This document shows, piece by piece, positions 48,793-57,800 of a stretch of 64,000 nucleotides of DNA. Position numbers and translations under genes: made by a program. Each line of letters opens with the position of its first letter. Position 1 is the first letter of the stretch. Location: the IMG/VR virus record IMGVR_UViG_2740892424_000003, one strand, 5' to 3'. The DNA is from an uncultured virus (IMG/VR IMGVR_UViG_2740892424_000003). Lineage: Duplodnaviria; Heunggongvirae; Uroviricota; Caudoviricetes. Below the pieces are notes generated by a model. The model had not been told where the DNA came from. It worked only from the letters and a program-made list of their open reading frames with translations, and searched no databases.

Positions 48793-49939
48793 ATTTGATC
48801 CAGTTATTTTGGCAGAGGTTAATCGTGGCAACTCGCTGGTCAGTGATGTTTTATCACCTCTGATTAGTGGCATTTCAGGCGCCGTGATCGGTGGGGTTAC
48901 GCCAGCTGTTGGTATGTCAGCACAATTGCCATCAACCAAGCCGATGATTGTCCACGAAAACACTGAATGGTTACGCTCCGGGGTTTTAATACCGCAGGAA
49001 GGTTATGTAGGTATCCCTGATTATTTGACGCAACTTGGCCCTGGCGTGATTGCCACAGAAAATGGCGTACTACCGTCCTCAGTGAACGTCGTCTCCACGG
49101 CCAGCATTGGGGCGCTAGTTGTTTTTGCGGCAAGCAGTGGCGGGGTTTACGTATCAAAAGATCGCGGCCTTACTTGTTTGATTGCCTCTGGCGTTTCAGC
49201 TTCTGCCGTTTTCGAGTGCAATGGATTTATCTATGCAAGTAACAGTGGCAGCCTGCGACGCACGTCTAACGGGGATACTTGGGAGTACTGCACCGGAGTT
49301 ACAGGTGCCGTTTGTGGTATCGCGTATGGGAATGGGGTGTATATCGCCCCATCAAGTGACTCAACGAATGTATGCTGGACAAGTTCGGATGGTGTTTCAT
49401 TCTCGATAAAGGTGACAGCTCCTGCAGCGGTAAAAACCAGCATTTGCTTTTCAAATGGATTGTTCTTTTTATCGACGACTCAAAGTTCGGTTGTTGGCCC
49501 AAGCGTATCTAACAACGGTGAGTCATGGTTCGTTGCAACCCTCTACCAAGGGGCGTCACTGCTTGTTCACTTGGTTATTTCTGCTGTTGATCGAATTTAC
49601 GCATTCACCAATGCGGGAATCTTTGAAACGTTGGATGCAACGCAATGGATTAAAATTGGTGTTATGCCGTCTTCATATACTGCCACGCCTAATTTCCCGC
49701 GAGGGTTCTATCAAGATGGATTGCTTGGTGTTTTATCCTCCTCATCAGTGTTGATGGCAAATCACCCCTCCGCCCTAGTGTCAATCACCTTTGGTGGCGC
49801 TGCTCATGCTGCATGTATTTCTGGTGACTACCTTATTGCAGGACTTACGAAACCATCCAGTATTGTTCACAGGAGGAAGCTGGGGCGGGTTGTAGGAAAT
49901 CCAAGATATATAAGCGGAATTTACTACAGGGTAAAATGA
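48785..49939 (+). CDS. Putative receptor-binding protein, BNR/beta-propeller-like
   Basis: S.DG..W-like repeats; lower GC. Confidence 0.65.
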   Translation: MSEFDPVILAEVNRGNSLVSDVLSPLISGISGAVIGGVTPAVGMSAQLPSTKPMIVHENTEWLRSGVLIPQEGYVGIPDYLTQLGPGVIATENGVLPSSVNVVSTASIGALVVFAASSGGVYVSKDRGLTCLIASGVSASAVFECNGFIYASNSGSLRRTSNGDTWEYCTGVTGAVCGIAYGNGVYIAPSSDSTNVCWTSSDGVSFSIKVTAPAAVKTSICFSNGLFFLSTTQSSVVGPSVSNNGESWFVATLYQGASLLVHLVISAVDRIYAFTNAGIFETLDATQWIKIGVMPSSYTATPNFPRGFYQDGLLGVLSSSSVLMANHPSALVSITFGGAAHAACISGDYLIAGLTKPSSIVHRRKLGRVVGNPRYISGIYYRVK

Positions 49940-49940
49940 C

Positions 49941-50240
49941 ATGAACATGTTTATTGTTGATGGTCCTGGTGCTAATCGCGCTAGCGTCGGATTTAACGAT
50001 ATTGATCTCGAAATAAATGACAAGGTGTTAGCCATAAAAGCCGAGGCGGAGCGCCGTATCACCGCCTTGGACTGGCGCCTGCAAAGGGCTCAGGAGCGTG
50101 AGCAGCTTGGCGAGGCAGGTTTCGAGACGGTAGCCAATGTGTTGGCTCTGCGCGAACAGATCCGGCAGGCCAGCAATGCCGCTGAGCAGGCCGTATCCAC
50201 GCTAACCGATGTTGGCGCTGTGCGCGCGTTCACCTGGTGA
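49941..50240 (+). CDS. Tail fibre assembly-like protein
   Basis: IKAEA.RRI..LDW...RA.ER...IR.ASN...W. Confidence 0.7.
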   Translation: MNMFIVDGPGANRASVGFNDIDLEINDKVLAIKAEAERRITALDWRLQRAQEREQLGEAGFETVANVLALREQIRQASNAAEQAVSTLTDVGAVRAFTW

Positions 50241-50292
50241 ACGCAGAGACTTGAGTAAGCCGCCATCTGGCGGCTTTTTTATTGGGGGAAAT

Positions 50293-51198
50293 ATGGTAGC
50301 CATCACAGCGACAACCACGCCTTTTGATGCCAAAGACGTGAACGACCAGGTTAATAAAACGATCAGCCAGGATGGCTTGCTGATGCGCATGGCCAAGGCC
50401 AAAGGCGAGCAGTACGCAGCTGGCCGCGGGCTCTCCAACAGCTCAATCGGTGCCGAGGCGTCGCAACGGGCGATCGTTGATGCTGCGTTACCTATTGCCA
50501 GCCAGAACGCGGGGCAGGCATGGAAGAGTGACGAGAACCGAATTGATCGCGGTCATCAGCTGACTATGCAGGGGAACCAGTTTGGCCATGAAAAGGGAAT
50601 GGCCAATATCAACGCGCAACTGCAAAAAGAGCGCGATCAGCTGTTGCACAAAAACAGCCTGGGGATGCTGGATGCAGAGGGCCAACAGCGCCTGAAAGAG
50701 TTGGGTGTTCAGAACCAATATCAAACTGAGCGCGATCAGCTGCTGCATAAGAACAGTCTCGGAATGCTGGATGCCGAAGGCCAACAGCGGCTGAAAGAGC
50801 TTGGGGCGCAGAGTGAGTACCAGAAGGAGCGGGATCAGCTATTGCACAAAAACAGCCTGGGGATGCTGGATGCAGAGGGCCAACAGCGCCTGAAAGAGTT
50901 AGATAACCAAAACAAGGCCAGCCTGGATCAGCTGGCCCAGCAGGTAGTGGCCAACACCCACGGCATGTACATGAGCACGGTCGATAAGGCAGTCAGCTCC
51001 TATAACGACCGCTATGCAGCTGTCATGGCTGACAACACGATGAAGGCTACAGACAAAGAGAAGCTGGTCAACAACATGAAGACCGAACTCAACTCGACAC
51101 TGAATATGTACCAGCAGATGTACTCCAACATCAGCACCATCAAACCGGATTGGACTAAGTTCCCGTCCGCATCATTGCCCGGCGTGAACGTAAAGTAA
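50293..51198 (+). CDS. Internal virion/ejection protein with 33-aa repeats
   Basis: RGL.NSSI...A..AI.DAALPIA; repeats of 99-bp period. Confidence 0.75.
   Translation: MVAITATTTPFDAKDVNDQVNKTISQDGLLMRMAKAKGEQYAAGRGLSNSSIGAEASQRAIVDAALPIASQNAGQAWKSDENRIDRGHQLTMQGNQFGHEKGMANINAQLQKERDQLLHKNSLGMLDAEGQQRLKELGVQNQYQTERDQLLHKNSLGMLDAEGQQRLKELGAQSEYQKERDQLLHKNSLGMLDAEGQQRLKELDNQNKASLDQLAQQVVANTHGMYMSTVDKAVSSYNDRYAAVMADNTMKATDKEKLVNNMKTELNSTLNMYQQMYSNISTIKPDWTKFPSASLPGVNVK
50623..50902 (+). repeat. Three tandem 99-bp coding repeats
   Basis: ERDQLLHKNSLGMLDAEGQQRLKEL starts at 50629, 50728, 50827. Confidence 0.95.
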
Positions 51199-51207
51199 GG
51201 GGGTCAC

Positions 51208-51578
51208 ATGTTTGATTTTGGCGGCATGGTATCAAGTGCGATCGACATGGCCGATCAGGCGGTCGATGCGGTGCTTGGTGGCCTTTCCAGTGCGGGATCT
51301 TGGATGCAGAGTAATCCGGGTGCGGCAACGCTACTTGGTTCAGCCCTGGTCGCTGGCGGCTCATACCTTGAGAACCGAGAGGCTCAGAAGAACCAGCGCA
51401 ATATGCAGAAAGACATATGGGGTAGGGAGGACCAATTACGACAGGAGAACGGCCTGCCGGCCAACCTGACTCCGGTCGAGTACCAGGTATCAACGCCAGG
51501 GCTTGCCGGTGATGGCATGTCTACGGGGGGGCTCTTACCAGCGGGCTTCTTGCCAACATCAAGAAGCAGGGGGCGTAA
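51208..51578 (+). CDS. Ejection-type protein with apparent frameshift at G7 (reads to 51867 as assembled)
   Basis: The alternative frame after G7 (51525-51531) ends at TAA 51576-51578 abutting the next ATG. Confidence 0.6.
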
Positions 51579-52784
51579 ATGGCAAAGGGTAGCGGAAAGG
51601 GCAGCAGCAGCGGCAGCAGCAAGGGGAGTAGTGGCGGCAGCAAAGGCGCCAGCAGCTCGAGCAAGGGCGCTAGCAACAATAACCGCAATGGAAGCAGCCA
51701 AGGTGCCAGCGCAGGCAATCGTGGCAGCACATCCAGCTCCAGCTCCAGCAGCAAGGGTGCGGCATCCAGCAAGAGTGGTGGCGCGAGTTCATCGGGCAGC
51801 AAGGGGGCATCTTCAACCAGCCGCGGCGGGCCTAGTTCAATTGGTGGTGGATCCAGTTATGGCATGAGCAAGGGCTCATTCAACAACTCAATAGGTGCCA
51901 ACAACAAGGGGCAGCAAGCCACCAGTGGTAACGGTAAAAACGACAACAACAGCGTTGCCAGTCGAATTGCGTCCGTCAGCAAGACCCTGAGCACCTACAA
52001 GGCCACCTCTACTCCTCCAAACCACAACATCAGCTCGATCGGCGGCCCGTCGATGTATGGCATGCACGATGGTTCATTTGGTGGAAAGGCCAAGGGAGCT
52101 CTTGGTCTTGGCCCGTCCACCAATTTCAACGAAACCATCAAGACTGACAATGTGAATGGGGTGATCGGCAACCTGCAGCGCAAGGCGCAAAACGGCACTC
52201 TAACCGCCCGCGACAGGACCAATGTTGCCGACGCGTCCGGGGCATATAACAAACAGGCTGGCGCCAATATTTTTGGCGGCGCGCTGTTGGGAGGGGCTGG
52301 CAAGGCGGTTGCGGGGCTGGTCGGGGATATCGGAAATACCGACTCCTACTTCTCAGGCATCGGCCGAGATGCTGCGCGCGGTGATTTTGATAGTGAACGG
52401 TTAACGGGGCAGCGAGGGCAGGCGCTGGGGTCAGAAGGGGGATTAGACTCGACCCTGAAAACCGCCTTGGGATTTTTGTCTGGCGTGGTGCCTGGTGCTG
52501 GCCAACTGCTTTCTGGTGTGGCGAGCGGCTTGACTCAGCCAGCATCAGGCTTTGGTGCTTCGCTCAACGACCTCAACGTACAGGCCGGTAACAACTTCAA
52601 TCAAGCCGGTGCAAATCGCAGCAATGGCGGCAGCAATGGCGATATCGCATCAGCCCCGCCCCGCTACTCGCTGCCAAACAACAATGACCTCGATAAGAGC
52701 ATGGCTGGCGACTTTAATTTCAACCCCAGCCGATTTGATGTAACCCCCGGTATCCGGGCTCAGTATGCATGGGATGGTGAGTAA
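51579..52784 (+). CDS. Gly/Ser/Asn-rich internal virion protein
   Basis: Low-complexity N-terminus, hydrophobic Gly-rich segments. Confidence 0.7.
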   Translation: MAKGSGKGSSSGSSKGSSGGSKGASSSSKGASNNNRNGSSQGASAGNRGSTSSSSSSSKGAASSKSGGASSSGSKGASSTSRGGPSSIGGGSSYGMSKGSFNNSIGANNKGQQATSGNGKNDNNSVASRIASVSKTLSTYKATSTPPNHNISSIGGPSMYGMHDGSFGGKAKGALGLGPSTNFNETIKTDNVNGVIGNLQRKAQNGTLTARDRTNVADASGAYNKQAGANIFGGALLGGAGKAVAGLVGDIGNTDSYFSGIGRDAARGDFDSERLTGQRGQALGSEGGLDSTLKTALGFLSGVVPGAGQLLSGVASGLTQPASGFGASLNDLNVQAGNNFNQAGANRSNGGSNGDIASAPPRYSLPNNNDLDKSMAGDFNFNPSRFDVTPGIRAQYAWDGE

Positions 52785-53263
52785 TGGGATTGATTCAAAG
52801 TATGCAGGGCCAGCAACCACAACAACCACAGCAGCAGGGCGGTAATGATGACGCCATGCATGCCAGCTTGATGGAGATGCTGGGCGCCACCCTGCTTGGT
52901 GATGGTGGGCAGGCCGTTGCCGGTCGCTTGCAGGCCGGCGAGGACAAGATCCAGGGGGTGGCCGATGCGGTGGCAGGGGGCATTTTCACCATCCTCAAGC
53001 AGGCCATGGAAGCCGGTCGCGGCGTTCCTGCTCAGCAGATCGTCAAAGCGGTGTATGCCGGCTGCCGTGAGATGCTGACATCGGGCAAAATTGGCGATCC
53101 AGATAGCAAGATCGACGCCCTGTTTCGCGCCATGGACAAACTCAAGGAGATGGACGCCGAGAACGACGTGATTGACGATCAGATCCTGGCTGAGGCCAGT
53201 CAGATACTGGAGGCTATCGTGCAAAAAATGGATGAAGCCGAACAGCAAGGGGGTGCAGCATGA
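52784..53263 (+). CDS. Hypothetical (ejection module)
   Basis: TAATG coupling. Confidence 0.7.
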   Translation: MGLIQSMQGQQPQQPQQQGGNDDAMHASLMEMLGATLLGDGGQAVAGRLQAGEDKIQGVADAVAGGIFTILKQAMEAGRGVPAQQIVKAVYAGCREMLTSGKIGDPDSKIDALFRAMDKLKEMDAENDVIDDQILAEASQILEAIVQKMDEAEQQGGAA

Positions 53264-53994
53264 GCCTGCTCGCAGCATTAGCCAAGGGCTTTGGTGCCGG
53301 TACCGTCAATAACGCGCAGGTAGGGTTTGCGGAGCAGCAGCGCCTGCGTGAAGCCGCTCAGCGTAAAGACGAGATGGGAACGGAGCTGGCCGCCCGTGAC
53401 AAGTTGACACAGAAGCAGATCGACGCGAGCCGTGAAGAGAACAATACCCGATTCAAGGCAATGGCTGGCGAGAACCAGAAGAACCGGGATCATGACTGGG
53501 CCATGTTCGAGAGGCGACTTGCACTGGAAACGCAAGCAGCGGCGGCCAACGCCAGCGTTCGCGCCCGCGAGACTCACGCCAAGAACATCATGGGCACCAT
53601 GGATCAGCTGTCCAAGCGCAAGGCGGAGCTGATGGGGAACGACAAGATTACCGATGAACAGCGCGCAGTAGCTCTGGGCGAGATTGATACATTGGGCTAC
53701 ACCTTGGCATCTGACCCTGGCGCCCAGCAACTGCTGGGGGAGTTTGGGGGTGGAGGCTACGCCAATTACTGGCTTTCCTTGGCGCCGCAGAAGCAGGCCG
53801 AGCCGACCCAGGCACCACAACAATCAGTCGCCCCCCCTGCAACCCAGCCACCAAAACCGCAAGGCATCATCCCTCGTATGCAGGGTGACCGCTCTATCGA
53901 GAAGGCACTGATACAGTCTGGCAGGGAGGCATTGAATGCCAATAAAAATCCTGACGCCATGGCATCCAGCGCTTACCAGCAGATGTACAAATAA
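53260..53994 (+). CDS. Ejection-type coiled-coil protein
   Basis: ATGA coupling; terminator 53996-54020. Confidence 0.7.
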   Translation: MSLLAALAKGFGAGTVNNAQVGFAEQQRLREAAQRKDEMGTELAARDKLTQKQIDASREENNTRFKAMAGENQKNRDHDWAMFERRLALETQAAAANASVRARETHAKNIMGTMDQLSKRKAELMGNDKITDEQRAVALGEIDTLGYTLASDPGAQQLLGEFGGGGYANYWLSLAPQKQAEPTQAPQQSVAPPATQPPKPQGIIPRMQGDRSIEKALIQSGREALNANKNPDAMASSAYQQMYK

Positions 53995-54055
53995 TAAAGC
54001 CCGCCGAGTGGCGGGCTAATTTGTTCAGCTGACTGTATTTTTATCTTGTAAGTTA

Positions 54056-54601
54056 CTACTTAACATCTGCTGATTTTGCCAATTCATCAAGGGCTTTTTT
54101 AAAGCCATCCGCATGGCCGACAGTGCTGATAACTGCGTTTTCTTTCTGTTCCCCTTCATTTATGAAGTGTTTTTTAAGTATTGATTCAAAACCTCTAACA
54201 TCAGTATCGTGCCCATTGAAATTAACTATATTGGATGATGCCATTTTGACTGCTATCTCAATAGATTCGTCGCCAAACACCTGCGTATAGCACTGAGAAA
54301 ACCCACTCTTCTGTTTCTTTGTTGATGTTGCCTTGTATTGCTCACCATCAACAATTAGATCTCCATTGCATCTTGTTGCATTTATTTCTAGCAATGTGAA
54401 AGCTGATTCATTATTTAATGCTTCAAAGGTTACTTGGACCAAGTCATCATGATAAGACGCCCCAATCCACCCCTTTTGTCCATTCCAGTCTTTAACAATT
54501 TCCCATCTATTGGTATCTCGACCATCAATAGAAACATTCTCATGCTTGGCACAGCTAAAAATAAACACTGACATAATGACAGCTGCCATCTCTTTTTTCA
54601 T
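54056..54601 (-). CDS. AT-rich lipoprotein moron
   Basis: MKK, hydrophobic stretch, lipobox IFSC; counter-oriented. Confidence 0.8.
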   Translation of the reverse strand: MKKEMAAVIMSVFIFSCAKHENVSIDGRDTNRWEIVKDWNGQKGWIGASYHDDLVQVTFEALNNESAFTLLEINATRCNGDLIVDGEQYKATSTKKQKSGFSQCYTQVFGDESIEIAVKMASSNIVNFNGHDTDVRGFESILKKHFINEGEQKENAVISTVGHADGFKKALDELAKSADVK

Positions 54602-54750
54602 ATAACAAATCCCTCTGTTTTAATCCTCATAGAAGATCATTTAATGGAACTATAACATGACCACATGATGCCCCATTTGGTGCCAAAAATCCTTGATGCC
54701 ACGCACACCGCAAGAATGCCACCAAGCTCACTGTGATAGCAGAGCCGAGC

Positions 54751-54822
54751 TTGCCATTTAGACAGTAGTGGCACAAAATTTCCCCATCATGGCCGGACCC
54801 TTAACAGGGGCCGGCTTTTTTA
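54751..54822 (+). promoter_or_regulatory. Late promoter-terminator unit 3
   Basis: TTGCCA-N17-CAAAAT with GTGGCACAAAAT; GCCGG..CCGGC-T6. Confidence 0.7.
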
Positions 54823-54843
54823 TTGCCTGCGGAGAACGACTAC

Positions 54844-57800
54844 ATGGCCAAGCCAACCCGGGATGACTTCATTGCTGCCGCCAGGGCGCGCTATTTACCA
54901 CAGCAACCAGACGACAATGGTGGCGATGAGCAGGGCATCATCGGTGACACTGTTGACATGTTCCAGCGTGGCCTGGGGCAGACCCTGGGTGGCGACCTTG
55001 AAACGGTTGGCCAGCTGACTGGCTCGCAGGGTATCAAGGATGCCGGGCGCGGCGTCAGTGCTTGGGCTGATGGGCAGCTGGATCAGGCGTCTACTCCCAT
55101 GCGTGAGGCCATGGGCAAGCAGTTCTTTCAGGAAAATGCAGAGACTGGCGCCATTGAGGCAGGCGATGCATGGGCAGATCCGCGCGCGTGGGCGGGCAAC
55201 TTCTCTACCGTGCTGGGCCAGTTTGTCGGGTTGGTGGGCGGTACCAAGGGGGCTGGGCTTATCGCCAAGCCCGCCCTGCGTGGCGCTGGCAAGCTGCTGG
55301 CAAAGGATCTGGTGGAAGGGCAAGCCAAAGAACTGGTGGCAAAAGCCACGGTGAAGGATGCCATCAGCGCTGGTGCGCTCGACTCGGTTCGGGCGGCGTA
55401 TCTGGCGGCACCAGGGGAGGCAGCAAAGCGGGCTGTGCTGGATAAGGCCATTGGGCGCCTGACCTCCATTGGTTATGGTGCTCACGCTGGCGCCATGGCG
55501 TCTGGCATGCGGGCCCAGCAAGCAGAGCAAGAGGCGCGTGGCTACTTCAATGGGCTTGGCAACGACGAGCTCAACGCCAACCCCATCTATCAGCAGGCTT
55601 ATTGGGAGCTGGCTGATGGCGAGATGCAGGGGGCTGACATTGGCGATATTCGACGAGCGGCGATCGACAGTGTTGCGGAGCTGGCGGCCACCGATGCGTG
55701 GTCAGACCCGCGTGCGCTAACAGCGGATTTTCTATCCGGGGTGATGACTGGTGCCGGTGGTGGTGTCGGCGGTTTACTCGGCAAGGTGGGAAGCACCCGG
55801 GCTGGCGCTGCCGTGCGCGGCTTTGCCGGTGAAGGAGCCACTGAGGCGTGGCAGGGTGGCGAGACGCAGCGAGCCGTGAACCAGGCAGTGCAAGAGTGGG
55901 CGGACGAGAGTCGCGACCCCATGGCGGGCGTGCTGTCTGCTGCGCTGAACGAGGGGACGATTGGCGGCGCATTCGGTGGCGTAGTGGGTGCCGTGCATGG
56001 CCCACAGGCTCCAGATATGGCCAAGCCCTTGGTGCGGGTTGAGCGCCGGGTGGTTACCGGTGACCAGCAGATGGATGACATGATCCACGGCCTCGACCAG
56101 CGCCAGGCTGAGCGCGGGGCCAGCATCAGCAGCCAGATCGACAGCATGTTTGCCGGTGCCAACAACCCATTAGGGTCTGGCAAGTTCGATCCGGTTCGTG
56201 ATGTGCCGGCTTACCAGCGACAGGGCTTTGTTCGTGGTAGTCACGACTTCCAGGGGAAAGCAATCGTACCGCTGGAGGGTGAGTTGCTGGATCCGGCTAC
56301 CGCCATGTCCGCCACGCCCAGTGGCCCACAGCCTGATATGGGTGGGCAACCTTCTGATCCCGCCCTTGATATGACCGCCATTGCCGATCAGCGCATCAGT
56401 GGCGAGTTGCAAGATGAGGCTGCCCTGCCTGGGCAGCAGGCCAATCTGCTGCCTGGTGCGACCTATGAGGGGGAGGCGCGCGAGGTGGGTACAGATCTGC
56501 CAGTACCGCGCGGCCCGGCACCGGCACTGCCAGAGTCGAGCAACGCCGCCACAGTTCCACTGCCTGAAAGCGTGCGACTGACGCGCCGTGGCTTGCCTTT
56601 CTCCAGTGAGAAGGAGGCAGCCCTGGCCAGCCGCCAGGATGAAACCCCCATTCCCCTCGATGGCGGCGGCTTTGGCATCGCCAAGATTGCCGAGTTGGAG
56701 CAGGGGCGTGGCGAGCAGGCCGCGACTGTACCGCAAGACATCAACCAAGAGGTGAGAGATAACAGCTTGCCGCAACCGCTCGCGCCTGCCGTCGATACCG
56801 GATACCGCGAGGAGATCCCCGCCACCCAACCACAAGCAGAGGTTTTCAATGAGCAGGCTCCCCAGGTACTTGCAATCAGCAGTGAACGACAAGGTGATCA
56901 GCCTGGAGCAGGCCAACCAGTTGCAGAGAGCGCTGGAGCAGCCACTGCCGGACTCTCCGACCGAGCTGGAACCGGAGATCGGGCAGGTCTCCTTGCTTCT
57001 GCACCTGTACCAGATGGACAGCAGCAGAATGACCAAACACTGACTGCCCCGGCCACTGATGCCGGGGTTGATGTTTCTGGGCCTGCCGATCCCGCCCCGC
57101 TGCCGTGGGCTGAGTCCATCAACAATGCCGATGGCACCATCACGCTCAAAGGCGAGATCCCCATTATCAGGCAATGGGCCAAGGATAACGGGGTGAAGGC
57201 GATCCCAGGCAAGGGTGGGGTGGTCGTAGCCAAGTCCTCTGCCGCCAAGGTGCTGGATATGGTGGCACCAGCCGCCACTAAGCCGGTGCAGCAGATCGAA
57301 GCTGCCCGCGCCGAGGTTGCTCCCGAGCCCACAGAAGCACAGAAGGAGGCGGGGAACTACAAGAAGGGCCACCTCACGCTGCAGGGGCTGGATATCGCAC
57401 TGGAGGACCCCAAGGGGTCCACCCGCTCCGGCACCGATCAGGATGGCAAGGCGTGGCAATCGACCATGGCCCACGACTACGGCTACATCAAGCGCACCCT
57501 GGGGGCGGACGGCGATCACGTCGATGTGTTCATCGGTGACCAGCCGGATAGCGAAACGGTCTATGTGGTGGATCAGGTAGACCCCAAGACCGGCAAGTTT
57601 GACGAGCACAAGGTGATGATGGGGTTTGCCGACGAGCAGGCGGCCCGGGCCGGATACCTGGCCAACTATGAAAAGGGCTGGAAGGGGCTCGGCACTATCA
57701 AGGCCATGCCGGTTGATGAGTTCAAGGTATGGGTGAAGGAAGGGGATACCACCAAACCGATCGATGGCAAAGAGGAAGGGAAGCCTGCTGGTGAGCCGGA

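Noticed and set aside
54034..54049. Second LexA box (CTGTATTTTTATCTTG)
   Set aside because: Right half lacks CAG and it lies between convergent genes.
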